Source: an uncultured Rhodothermaceae bacterium (GTDB lineage Bacteria; Bacteroidota; Rhodothermia; Rhodothermales; ISCAR-4553). Taken from it: a stretch of 64,000 nt of DNA. Positions 37,906 to 47,086 of the stretch are shown here, in pieces. Numbering within the stretch: position 1 is the first letter of the stretch; each line of letters opens with the position of its first letter. The position numbers and the translations under genes were made by a program. The stretch covers positions 25,931-89,930 of the forward strand of contig CAZKFR010000002.1 of NCBI GenBank assembly GCA_964552015.1, given 5' to 3'. The notes below the pieces were generated by a model. The model was not told where the DNA came from, did no database searches, and saw nothing but the letters and a program-made list of their open reading frames with translations.

Positions 37906-37940
37906 GAAGGGCAGCCGGGTCTACGTGCCGGCTGCCCTTC
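37906..37940 (+). terminator. Perfect 13-bp hairpin between the convergent sod and bcp genes
   Basis: GAAGGGCAGCCGG-gtctacgtg-CCGGCTGCCCTTC followed by TTCGTT. It lies 27 nt after the sod stop. Confidence 0.7.
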
Positions 37941-37966
37941 TTCGTTGGGAGCCGGCACACCCGCGT

Positions 37967-38422
37967 CTAGGCGAGGCGTTCGAGGTTGCGCAGAACCATC
38001 TTCACGTGCCCCTCGGCGTTGAACGGGTTGTCGTACACGTCGAGGATACGGTGGTGGCGATCGAGCAGGTAGGTCACCCGGCGCGGCAGCGGCAGCAGGG
38101 GATAGCGGGCTTCGTACCGGTCGATGACGGCGGCGTCCGGGTCGGAGAGGAGCAAGAACGGCAGCCGATACCGTTCCTGGAAACGACGATGTTGTTCGAG
38201 GGTGTCGCGGCTGATGCCCAGGAGCAGCAGGCCGGCTTCCTGCAGGGGGGCGAAGTGGTCGCGGAACAGACAGGCCTCGGCCGTGCAGACGGGCGAGGCA
38301 TCCTGCGGATAGAAGAACAGGACACAGGGGGTGCCGGCGGCATCCCGGCTGAGCGTGAAGTCGCGCCCTTCCGTGGAAGGCAGGGTAAAGTCGGGAGCCG
38401 GCGTGCCGGGAGCCAGGGGCAT
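37967..38422 (-). CDS. bcp: Peroxiredoxin Bcp (thiol peroxidase)
   Basis: APDFTLPS..G....L......VLFFYPQDASPVCTAEAC is the Bcp/PrxQ active-site context. Confidence 0.9.
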   Translation of the reverse strand: MPLAPGTPAPDFTLPSTEGRDFTLSRDAAGTPCVLFFYPQDASPVCTAEACLFRDHFAPLQEAGLLLLGISRDTLEQHRRFQERYRLPFLLLSDPDAAVIDRYEARYPLLPLPRRVTYLLDRHHRILDVYDNPFNAEGHVKMVLRNLERLA

Positions 38423-38531
38423 GGCGATGCGGGGTCACAGGGGTCGAAGCAGGCACGGGTTCAACGCAGGGATGCCCGGGAGGGCTCCCCGGCGCCACGC
38501 GAAACCGGCATCCGTCGTGCGCCCGGCCCGG

Positions 38532-39668
38532 TCAGCGCCGGTCCAGGGGGGCAAAGGCCGGGGTAATCTTCTCGTCGAGGCCGAGGAAGATGAAGTGGTC
38601 GAAGTAGTAGTGGATCAACAGGAACGAGAGGACGACGCTGTAGAAGGCGAAGTAGTGCTGGTCGCTGTGAACCCGGTCGTGCAGAAGAGAACCCATCAGC
38701 GGGCCGGTTTCGAACCAGCCGAAGTGGACCACGAGCGCCAGTGTGGCCAGAAAGAGCATCCCGGCGCCGAGGGTGAAGGCCAGGCACATCCCGTAGAGCT
38801 TGAACCCGCTGCCGGAGATCTTTTGCACCATGCGTGAGCTCATCAACCCCCGGCTGGCTCGCAGCCGGTTCAGGTAGAGCACCAGAGCCAGGTACTGGAA
38901 CGAGTGCCATACGTTGAGGCCCTGAAAGGCCACATCCAGGTTTTCGAGCGTGGGTGTGATCAGGAAAAGCCCGGTCGCTACCGCCATGTGGAGCGTCTTG
39001 GGACCGTGAAAGAGCCCGTGCCGGTATTCCCACACGGTCTTGACGAGGAAAGCCGCCAGGAAGCCGAGGAACAGTACCCAGATGACGTACGGGAGCCACT
39101 CCATCCGGAGCACGTCGGGAAAGAGGAGGGTGCGCCCGCCGGTTTCGAACTGGCTATGGATCAACTTGCTGGTGGCGATGGGGTAGAGGGAGGTGAAGAG
39201 CAGGCCGTAGTCGATGATACGGGAAGACCATCGCCAGCCGCGCGGGTCCTTCATCCGGTAGGCGTCGGCGACGTAGGCGGCCTGGTGGATGACGTGCACC
39301 GAGGCCCAGAAGAAAAAGATCGTTACGAGCAAGGTCAGGTTGAGGACGGCCAGCGTGACGATGAGGACCGGCAGCAGGTAGGCGCCCCGGGCATAGACCG
39401 GATAGCGCCGGCGGAAGTCCGGTTCCATGAGCGTCATCGTATAGGTCGCGAACAGGTGCGGCCCGCCGATGAGCATCGTCACGATCAGATCGACGTAGAT
39501 GTTGCTCTGCAGGAAGGCATGGCTGATGTGGGGAAACACCAGCAGCACGGACGAGAAGATGATGAAGGAGAGATCGTAAGCCGGACTCACCAGCCAGAGG
39601 TCATGCCGGTCCAGGCGCAGCATGGGCGGCGCGAGGGCGGTAGGGGTCTGTAGGGTGGCCATGGGCAT
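38532..39668 (-). CDS. Polytopic membrane protein of unknown family with several His-containing motifs
   Basis: 378 aa with about 9-10 TM helices. Motifs are GGPHLFATY, HVIHQAAY, WHSFQY and HYYFDHFIF. I could not place it in a named family. Confidence 0.65.
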   Translation of the reverse strand: MPMATLQTPTALAPPMLRLDRHDLWLVSPAYDLSFIIFSSVLLVFPHISHAFLQSNIYVDLIVTMLIGGPHLFATYTMTLMEPDFRRRYPVYARGAYLLPVLIVTLAVLNLTLLVTIFFFWASVHVIHQAAYVADAYRMKDPRGWRWSSRIIDYGLLFTSLYPIATSKLIHSQFETGGRTLLFPDVLRMEWLPYVIWVLFLGFLAAFLVKTVWEYRHGLFHGPKTLHMAVATGLFLITPTLENLDVAFQGLNVWHSFQYLALVLYLNRLRASRGLMSSRMVQKISGSGFKLYGMCLAFTLGAGMLFLATLALVVHFGWFETGPLMGSLLHDRVHSDQHYFAFYSVVLSFLLIHYYFDHFIFLGLDEKITPAFAPLDRR

Positions 39669-39824
39669 GCACGTTCATCGGTTCCGTAGGCAGAACCTCA
39701 TCCGCCCGAGGCACAGGGCGGGCCGCCAGACGACCCGATGCCATCCTGCGGAGACAGGGAGTCCCATGGCGTCGGCACGTACAACGTACAGGCGCGCCCG
39801 GCTCTGGGCAGGGGGAGCAACCAG

Positions 39825-39855
39825 AAAGGGGGTCCCCTCGCGGGCGACCCCCTTT
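39825..39855 (-). terminator. Intrinsic terminator after the 39879..40304 gene
   Basis: AAAGGGGGTC ... GACCCCCTTT is a 10-bp stem with an additional inner CCC/GGG pairing. On the minus strand it is followed by UUUCUGGUU, 24 nt after the stop. Confidence 0.65.
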
Positions 39856-39878
39856 GCGTGTCGTTTCGAGCACGAAGA

Positions 39879-40304
39879 TTACATCATCGTGCCCGGCGTC
39901 ACGTCCTTCCACGTGCCGTTTTCCTTCACCTCGACCTTAGTCGCAATGATGCCGCCGTCGAAGACCTTGTCGCCGGTGACGCGGGCCTCTTTGGCCATGT
40001 GGTCTTTCAGGGCGGTGGCCGGCGTCAGCAGCACGTACGTCTTACCGTCTTTGGTGAGCACGCCCACCGGAATGCCCATGCTGGCGCAGGCGGTGGCGCA
40101 GTTGGGTACGTCCATCATCTTGCCGTCCTTCTGCACCTTGTGGGTGTTGGTGACGTTCATCTTCGGCTTGCCCATGGCAACGGCCATGCCATAACACTTG
40201 GTGTCGACCAGCGTCCCTTCCACCGTTACGGAGCGAGGCGCCGGTTCAAACGTGGCAGCGAATACGAACGCAACGGCTGCCAGCAGGGGAATGAGCTGTT
40301 TCAT
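39879..40304 (-). CDS. Small secreted Lys/Met/Cys-containing protein, unknown function
   Basis: 141 aa from ATG 40304, with AGGAGG 7 nt upstream. Signal peptide MKQLIPLLAAVAFVFAA; three Cys (one isolated, then CATAC); C-terminal MM. Composition is lower in GC and richer in Lys than neighbouring genes. Confidence 0.65.
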   Translation of the reverse strand: MKQLIPLLAAVAFVFAATFEPAPRSVTVEGTLVDTKCYGMAVAMGKPKMNVTNTHKVQKDGKMMDVPNCATACASMGIPVGVLTKDGKTYVLLTPATALKDHMAKEARVTGDKVFDGGIIATKVEVKENGTWKDVTPGTMM

Positions 40305-40587
40305 AGGATACCTCCTTGGTTGGTTGAATAGGGTTACGCTATCGGGCTGGAATGCCCCCAGGGGGGTGTGAAGCTGGTTGATTGCCATCCGTCGGTTGGT
40401 GCACCCGGCGGACGGTTCATTACGTGTTGATCGATGCTTCTCTGAAACTTCACAAAAGGGAGGGGTCGACAGAACGTGAAGGAAAGGGGAGGGTATCGCA
40501 TATCCGGTGGAAAGCCGTTTTCTTCAAGGGGCTGTCGTATACACCGGTGTTCAAGAACGGAACGGGTTCGTGGGGCTCGAATTTGCC

Positions 40588-41577
40588 ATGGTGCAGCCAC
40601 TCCGGGAAAAGCAGATCCGCAAGCCGACGGGCTACTCCCACCATACGCTTCTATTGCTCTTTGTCCTGATCTGGGGAGGCAACTTCGTGCTGGCGGAAGT
40701 GGCGTTGCAGGAGATGGCCCCGATCTCGTTCAGCGTCGCCCGCTTCGTGATGGGGGGCGTGGCCCTGCTTCTTTTGCTCTACGGACAGTGCCTCGTTCAG
40801 GCACGCCGTCAGGGGACCCGTTTCCGTCTTTTTCCGAAGGTGGTCCGGCGCGACTGGCCCCGGCTGATCGGGGTGGCCGTGCTGGGTGCCCTGCTGGCGC
40901 CCTGGCTGGGTATCGAAGGGCTGGGGTTGACGCACGGGGCCCGGGCGGCGCTCTGGCTGGCGCTGGGGCCGGCCGTGAGCGCCCTGATGGGCTATCTGCT
41001 GCGGACCGAACGGATCGGGCGCGTGGGGGTGGTCGGGCTCGGGCTGGCCGGCATCGGGACGCTGGGGCTGGCACTCGACGGCCTGGACCCGGCCCGCAGT
41101 TACTGGCTCGGGGATCTGATGCTCCTGGGGGCTATCGTGCTGGCGGCGGCGGAGTTACATCTGATCAAGCCGCTGGCTTCCCACTACGGCGCCACCCCCA
41201 TGGTGGCGGCCCGGACGATCATCGGCGGGGGACTGTACCTGCTGGTGGCCTCGCCCATGCTCGTGCAGGAGTCCTGGTTGACGCTGAGCCCCTGGACGTG
41301 GGTGGCCATCCTCATCGGGGGCGGCATCGGGGTGGGCGTCGGGCAATGGGTCAAGGTCCGGGCGCTGCACAGCCTGGGGCCCACCCGCGTCGTGCTCTAC
41401 GGCAACCTGGTTCCGCTGGCGGCCATCCTGCTGGCCTGGGTGGCCCTGGGGACCGTTCCGACGTGGCTCGAGGGCGCGGCGGGTGGGTTGATCATCGCCG
41501 GGGCCATCCTCCTTCAGGTCGTCGACACCCCCGAACACCTCACCGAAGCCGTCGAGGCGGAGCCGGCCGGGCTTTGA
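40588..41577 (+). CDS. EamA/DMT-family transporter
   Basis: 329 aa with 10 TM helices and two EamA repeats (LLLFVLIWGGNFV..). Confidence 0.85.
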   Translation: MVQPLREKQIRKPTGYSHHTLLLLFVLIWGGNFVLAEVALQEMAPISFSVARFVMGGVALLLLLYGQCLVQARRQGTRFRLFPKVVRRDWPRLIGVAVLGALLAPWLGIEGLGLTHGARAALWLALGPAVSALMGYLLRTERIGRVGVVGLGLAGIGTLGLALDGLDPARSYWLGDLMLLGAIVLAAAELHLIKPLASHYGATPMVAARTIIGGGLYLLVASPMLVQESWLTLSPWTWVAILIGGGIGVGVGQWVKVRALHSLGPTRVVLYGNLVPLAAILLAWVALGTVPTWLEGAAGGLIIAGAILLQVVDTPEHLTEAVEAEPAGL

Positions 41578-41641
41578 ATGTGTCGCCGGGTCGTTCGTAC
41601 TTTCCGCCTCGTTCCGTTTCCCCCTGAATTCCCCCGTGCGT

Positions 41642-43006
41642 ATGGGTTTGCGTCGCATTTTTCTTCTCCTGCTCGGGCTCGCTTGCCCCCTTGCGGGTAC
41701 GGCCCAGGTCATCGTCCGCCCCGATCCCTACATCACGCGCCTCGTCGAAGCCGTCAGCCCGGACAGCATCGAGTACACGGTGCGGCGGCTGGCCGCCTTT
41801 GGCACGCGGCACACCCTGTCGACGACCCGGTCGGACTCGGTCGGCATCGGAGCGGCCCGCCGCTGGATCCGCCGCACGCTCGAGCGCTATGCCGCCGCGG
41901 GGGGAGGGCGCATGGAGGTGACCTTCGACGCCTTCCTCTACCGGGCCGACGGCCGCCGTATCGACCGGGACGTGGTCATGAAGAACGTCGTGGCCCGCCT
42001 GCCCGGCACCGACCCGAACGACGATCGCATCTTCATCGTCAGCGGGCATTACGACAGCCGCGTCTCGGACATCATGGACTCGACCTCGTATGCGCCGGGG
42101 GCCAGCGACGACGCCAGCGGCACGGCCGCCGTCATGGAGATGGCCCGTGTGCTGGCCGGCGAGGCGTTCCCGGCCACCCTCATCTTCCTGGCCGTACCCG
42201 GCGAGGAGCAGGGGCTCCTCGGCGCGCGCCACTTTGCCGAACGGGCCGACTCGCTCGGATGGAACGTGGCCGGCATGATCACGCTCGACATTGTCGGCAA
42301 CACGCTCGGGGACAACGGGACGAAAGACAACCGCACCGTGCGGCTCTTTTCGGAGGGCGTACCCGTGGTGGAGACGGAGCGGGAGGCGGCGCTCCGCCGG
42401 GCCGTCGGCGGGGAGAACGACAGCCCGGCCCGGCAACTGGCCCGGTACCTCAAGGAGGTCGGCGAGCGGTATGTTCCCTACATGAACGTGCGCCTGATCT
42501 ACCGGCGCGACCGGTTCCTCCGGGGTGGGGATCACACCGCGTTCAGCGAGCGGGGTTTTGCCGCCGTCCGCATGACCGAACCGAACGAGGCGTTTACCCG
42601 ACAGCACCAGGATGTGCGTACGGAGGGGGGCATCGCCTACGGCGACGTGCCCGACATGGTCGATTACGGGTATATCGCCGATGTGGCAAGGATCAACCTG
42701 GCCGGGCTGGTGAACCTGGCGATGGCACCCCCGCCGCCCCGCCAGGTCGGCATCTGGGCACAGGGGCTCTCCGTCGACACGCGGCTGGTCTGGGAGCCGC
42801 CGGCTTCGACCGAACGGGTCGCCGGCTATTACGTGCTCGTCCGGGAGACCACCGCGCCGGTCTGGGAGAAGAAGATCTTCGTCGGCAACGTCACCGACGT
42901 GACCCTCGAGGGGGTTTCCAAAGACGATTATTTCTTCGGTGTACAGGCCGTCGATGCCGCCGGCCACGAGAGTGAGATCGTTTTTCCACGCCCCATCTTC
43001 CGCTGA
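41642..43006 (+). CDS. Secreted M28-family aminopeptidase with a C-terminal Fn3-like domain
   Basis: Signal peptide; M28 metal-ligand contexts SGHYDS, GASDDASG, VPGEEQGLLGA and GGDHTAF. The C-terminal region has VWEPP...YYV and a beta-sandwich pattern. An alternative GTG start lies at 41636. Confidence 0.85.
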   Translation: MGLRRIFLLLLGLACPLAGTAQVIVRPDPYITRLVEAVSPDSIEYTVRRLAAFGTRHTLSTTRSDSVGIGAARRWIRRTLERYAAAGGGRMEVTFDAFLYRADGRRIDRDVVMKNVVARLPGTDPNDDRIFIVSGHYDSRVSDIMDSTSYAPGASDDASGTAAVMEMARVLAGEAFPATLIFLAVPGEEQGLLGARHFAERADSLGWNVAGMITLDIVGNTLGDNGTKDNRTVRLFSEGVPVVETEREAALRRAVGGENDSPARQLARYLKEVGERYVPYMNVRLIYRRDRFLRGGDHTAFSERGFAAVRMTEPNEAFTRQHQDVRTEGGIAYGDVPDMVDYGYIADVARINLAGLVNLAMAPPPPRQVGIWAQGLSVDTRLVWEPPASTERVAGYYVLVRETTAPVWEKKIFVGNVTDVTLEGVSKDDYFFGVQAVDAAGHESEIVFPRPIFR

Positions 43007-43032
43007 TCGTTCACCCTTTGCTAGCTGAAACC

Positions 43033-45594
43033 ATGCGATCGTTGCCTTGCCGAAGCGTCTTCGTACTGTGCTGTCTTCTTGGCGGTCTCCTGGGTCGGGT
43101 CGGGGAGGTGTTGGCCCAGCGGGTGCCTACCGTGGGCGAGAAGACGCGGGGGTTCGAGAAGCATGAGGGGTTTTTCCCGGTGTACTGGGATGCGGAGGAG
43201 GGGAAGGTCTGGCTCGAGATCCCGCGGTTCGATGAGGATTTTCTGTACGTGGTGTCGCTGCCCCGCGGGCTGGGGTCGAACGATGTGGGGCTGGATCGCC
43301 ATCAGCTCGGCGGAGAGCAGGTGGTGCGTTTCGAACGGGCGGGCAACAGGGTGTTGCTCGTGGCGCCGAACCTCCGCTACCGCGCCGACACGGACAACGC
43401 CGCCGAGCGGCTCGCGGTCGAGGAGGCCTTTGCGTCGAGCGTGGTCTGGGGGTTCGAGGTCGCGGCGGAGACGGCGGGCCGGGTGCTCGTGGATGCGACG
43501 GCGTTCATCGTGCGGGATGCACACGGTGTGGCCCGGCGGCTCCGGCAGACGGGGCAGGGCACGTTCCGGCTGGAGGCGTCGCGGAGCGCGCCCTACGTGC
43601 CGATGCTCAAGGCGTTCCCGGAGAACACCGAGATGGAGGCGCGGCTCACGTTCACGAGCGAAGATCCGGGCCGGTACGTGCGGGACGTGGCGGCGGACCC
43701 CTATGCCGTCACGGTGCACGTGCGCCACTCGTTCGTGAAGCTACCGCCGCCCGGCTACGAGCCGCGTGCCTTCGATCCCCGCGCCGGCTATTTCCCGATG
43801 GCCTATGCGGACTATGCCGTGCCGATCGGGGAGGATCTCACGCGGCGCTTCATCACGCGTCACCGGCTGGCCTGTGCCGGCCCGCGCGATGCCGAGGGGC
43901 TGTGCGACCCGGTCGAGCCGATCGTCTACTACCTGGATCCGGGCACGCCGGAGCCGGTCCGCTCGGCCCTGCTCGAGGGGGCGCGCTGGTGGAACGAGGC
44001 CTTCGAGGCGGCCGGCTACCGCGATGCGTTCCGCGTGGAGATGCTGCCCGAAGGCGCCGATCCGATGGATGTACGCTACAACGTCATCAACTGGGTTCAC
44101 CGGGCCACGCGGGGCTGGAGCTACGGCTCGTCGGTGATCGACCCCCGCACCGGCGAGATCATCAAGGGGCACGTTCTCCTCGGGTCGCTCCGCGTGCGGC
44201 AGGATTACCTGCTGGCCGAGGGGCTGCTGGCCCCGTATACGGACGACTGGGCCGCCGGCCCGCCTCCGGAGGACGATCCCATGCTGGCGATGGCGCTGGC
44301 CCGGTTGCGCCAGCTCTCGGCGCACGAGGTGGGGCATACGCTGGGCCTGGCGCACAACTTCGCCGCCTCGGTCGACGGGCGGGCCTCGGTGATGGACTAC
44401 CCCGCCCCGCTGGTACGGCTCGACGCCGACGGCCGGGTCGTGCTCGACAGCGCCTACGCCACGGGGATCGGCGCCTGGGACAAGGTCGCCATCCGCTACG
44501 GCTATACCGACCTCTCCGACGCGGTCGATGAGCGGACGGCCCTCACGGCGATCCTGGAGGAGGCCCAGGCCCGCGGTCTGCACTACATCACCGATGCCGA
44601 TGCCCGTCCGCCCGGCGGGGCCCATCCGCTGGCGCACCTGTGGGACAACGGCACCGACCCGGTCGAGGCGCTCGCGGTGGAGATGCGCGTGCGCGCCGCG
44701 GCGCTGAGCCGCTTTGGCCTGGCCAGCATCCGGGAGGGGCGTCCGCTGGCTACGCTGGAGGAGGTGCTCGTGCCCCTCTACCTGCGCCATCGCTACCAGG
44801 CGGAGGCCGTGGCGAAACTCGTCGGCGGTGTCGACTACACGTATGCCCTGCGCGGGGATGCCCAGCCGCTGCCCTCGCCGGTGCCGGCTGCCCGGCAGGA
44901 AGCGGCGCTCGCGGCCCTGCTCGACCTGCTCGAGCCCGAGGCCCTCCGGTTGCCCGAGCGTATCCGTACCACCATTCCGCCCCGCCCGCCCGGCTATGCC
45001 TCCCACCGTGAACTGTTCGACCGCCGCACCGGCATCGTCTTCGACCCGTACGCACCCGCCGAGGCCGTGGCTGAACTGGTGCTGGGCCTGCTCATCCACC
45101 CGGAGCGCGCCGCCCGCCTGGTCTATCAGGCCGACTTCGACCGGTCCCTGCCGGGCCTCAGCGAGGTACTCACGGCCGTCTCGGAGCGCGTCTGGGAACG
45201 GCCCGTCCCGGCGGATCCCTACGAGGCCGAACTGCAACGCATCGTGCAGCAGGTCTGGACGGATGCGCTGCTCGATGTGGCCACGCGGGCCGACCTGGCG
45301 CCGGCCGCACGGGCCCGCATCATCCAGCACCTGCGCGAGGTGCAGGTCTGGCTCCAGGATCATCCGGGCGACCCCGGGGACCACGAGACGGTGGCTCACC
45401 GGACGCTGCTCTTCGACCAGATCGACCGCTACCTGTACCGTCCCTACCGGCCCGACGAACACTACGGTGAGGTGACGGTGCCGCCCGGCTCACCGATCGG
45501 GGAGGCGGTGCCGTCGTTCGTGCAGCGCCGCCGGGCGCGTCAGGCCTACCTGGAGCGCACCCGGACGGACGAGGTGTGCGCGTTCCGGCCGTGA
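43033..45594 (+). CDS. Large secreted zinc metalloprotease (DUF5117/DUF4953-type, HExxHxxGxxH)
   Basis: Signal peptide MRSLPCRSVFVLCCLLGG and metzincin-like HEVGHTLGLAHNF followed by SVMDY. Confidence 0.85.
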   Translation: MRSLPCRSVFVLCCLLGGLLGRVGEVLAQRVPTVGEKTRGFEKHEGFFPVYWDAEEGKVWLEIPRFDEDFLYVVSLPRGLGSNDVGLDRHQLGGEQVVRFERAGNRVLLVAPNLRYRADTDNAAERLAVEEAFASSVVWGFEVAAETAGRVLVDATAFIVRDAHGVARRLRQTGQGTFRLEASRSAPYVPMLKAFPENTEMEARLTFTSEDPGRYVRDVAADPYAVTVHVRHSFVKLPPPGYEPRAFDPRAGYFPMAYADYAVPIGEDLTRRFITRHRLACAGPRDAEGLCDPVEPIVYYLDPGTPEPVRSALLEGARWWNEAFEAAGYRDAFRVEMLPEGADPMDVRYNVINWVHRATRGWSYGSSVIDPRTGEIIKGHVLLGSLRVRQDYLLAEGLLAPYTDDWAAGPPPEDDPMLAMALARLRQLSAHEVGHTLGLAHNFAASVDGRASVMDYPAPLVRLDADGRVVLDSAYATGIGAWDKVAIRYGYTDLSDAVDERTALTAILEEAQARGLHYITDADARPPGGAHPLAHLWDNGTDPVEALAVEMRVRAAALSRFGLASIREGRPLATLEEVLVPLYLRHRYQAEAVAKLVGGVDYTYALRGDAQPLPSPVPAARQEAALAALLDLLEPEALRLPERIRTTIPPRPPGYASHRELFDRRTGIVFDPYAPAEAVAELVLGLLIHPERAARLVYQADFDRSLPGLSEVLTAVSERVWERPVPADPYEAELQRIVQQVWTDALLDVATRADLAPAARARIIQHLREVQVWLQDHPGDPGDHETVAHRTLLFDQIDRYLYRPYRPDEHYGEVTVPPGSPIGEAVPSFVQRRRARQAYLERTRTDEVCAFRP

Positions 45595-45597
45595 TAG

Positions 45598-45927
45598 TCA
45601 GGGGGAGGCCGGGCCGGCCGTCAGCTTCAGCCCGACGATGCCGGCCACGATCAGCCCGAGACAGACGAACCGCAGGGCTTCACGGGGCTCGTCGAACAGG
45701 ACCATGCCCAGTACGGCGGTGCCGGCCGCTCCGATGCCGGTCCAGACGGCATAGGCGGTACCTACGGGCAGCGTTTTGACCGCCTGAGCGAGGAAGAAGA
45801 TGCTCAGCGCCATCGTGCCGAGCACCCACAGGCTGGGGCCGAGCCGGGTGAAGCCCTGTGCGTACTTCAGGCCCACGGCCCAGGCGATCTCGAAGAGGCC
45901 GGCAACGAACAGGTAGGTCCAGGCCAT
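45598..45927 (-). CDS. sugE: SMR-family small multidrug/guanidinium exporter (SugE/Gdx-like)
   Basis: 109 aa from ATG 45927; MAWTYLFVAGLFEIAWAVGLKY with the conserved membrane Glu, and four TM helices. Confidence 0.85.
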   Translation of the reverse strand: MAWTYLFVAGLFEIAWAVGLKYAQGFTRLGPSLWVLGTMALSIFFLAQAVKTLPVGTAYAVWTGIGAAGTAVLGMVLFDEPREALRFVCLGLIVAGIVGLKLTAGPASP

Positions 45928-45976
45928 GGTGGGAAGCAGGAACGTGGATACGCGGTAGGAGGCGGCGGGAGGGGGC

Positions 45977-47038
45977 TCAGGCACCTCCGTCGCCGGCATA
46001 GTCATCGGTGCGGAAGTGCTGGTAGCCCTGTGCATCGAGCGGCACCAGGAGGCCCTCCGGCGTCTGGATCCGCACCCCTTCCGACGCCTCGGTGAACTGG
46101 CCGACGACGGTGTAACTCTCCGGGTCGAGGCGGTCGAGCTCGTCTTCGGGCAGGGCAAAGAGCAGTTCGTAGTCCTCCCCGCCGAAGAGGGCATAGGTGT
46201 CTACGTCGTCGAGGAACTGGTCGGCCACGGCGCGGGTCTCGGGGTGGATGGGCAGGGAAGCGGCCCGGATGATGGCACCGCAGCCGCTCTGCCGGCAGAG
46301 GTGATGCACCTCCGAGGCCAGGCCGTCCGAGACGTCGATGAGGGCGCGCGGGCGCACGCGCCGGCGTGCCCAGTCTTCGAGGGTTGCGAGGCGGGCCGTC
46401 GGGGTGAGCTGGCGGGCGATGACGTAGCGGAAGGGGTCCAGGTTGGGCTCGAAGTCGCCGCCCGTCTCGCGGAGGGCCTGGCGCTGGTCGAGCAGGACCT
46501 TGAGCCCGGCATAGGCCCCGCCCAGGTCCCCGGTGACGCAGAGGAGGTCGCCGGGGCGGGCGCCGCGCCGGAAGATCACGTCCGACTCCCGCGCTTCTCC
46601 GATCACCGTAAGGACGACGGTCAGGTACCGGGCGGCCGTCGTGTCGCCGCCGACGAGGGTGACGCCGTACGTCGCGCATCCCTGCCGTACGCCCTCGTAA
46701 AAGGCTTCGACCTGCTCGACCGACATCGTCTCGGGCAGACCCAGCGCCAGCGTGGCGAACCGGGGCCGGGCGTTCATCGCGACGACGTCGCTCACGTTCA
46801 CCGCCACCGTCTTGAGGCCCAGGTGCAGGAGCGGCACGAACGAGCGGTCGAAGTGCACGCCCTCGATGAGGGCATCGGTGGTGACGACGTGGACGCGATC
46901 GTCGCCCACGTGGTACACGGCGGCATCGTCGTCGATGCCGAGGCGGACGTCCTCGTCGGAGGGCGGCCCCAGGAGGGTGCGGATGCGTTCGATCAGGCCG
47001 AATTCGCCGAGGACCTGGATGGGTGTGTAGTCGGACAT
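45977..47038 (-). CDS. thiL: Thiamine-monophosphate kinase
   Basis: GEFGLIERI...GIDDDAAV...TDALIEGVHF...VNVSDVVAMNARP...GGDTT. Confidence 0.92.
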   Translation of the reverse strand: MSDYTPIQVLGEFGLIERIRTLLGPPSDEDVRLGIDDDAAVYHVGDDRVHVVTTDALIEGVHFDRSFVPLLHLGLKTVAVNVSDVVAMNARPRFATLALGLPETMSVEQVEAFYEGVRQGCATYGVTLVGGDTTAARYLTVVLTVIGEARESDVIFRRGARPGDLLCVTGDLGGAYAGLKVLLDQRQALRETGGDFEPNLDPFRYVIARQLTPTARLATLEDWARRRVRPRALIDVSDGLASEVHHLCRQSGCGAIIRAASLPIHPETRAVADQFLDDVDTYALFGGEDYELLFALPEDELDRLDPESYTVVGQFTEASEGVRIQTPEGLLVPLDAQGYQHFRTDDYAGDGGA

Positions 47039-47086
47039 ATCAGCAGGCGGGATGAGTCGTTGGAAACGGGGGCTGCGGGGCCGGGG

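Noticed and set aside
45928-45976. Guanidine riboswitch upstream of the SugE/Gdx-like exporter
   Set aside because: Only 49 nt separate it from thiL. I see no paired ACGR-loop hairpins (guanidine-II) or ykkC-like elements. The gene is more likely co-transcribed with thiL.
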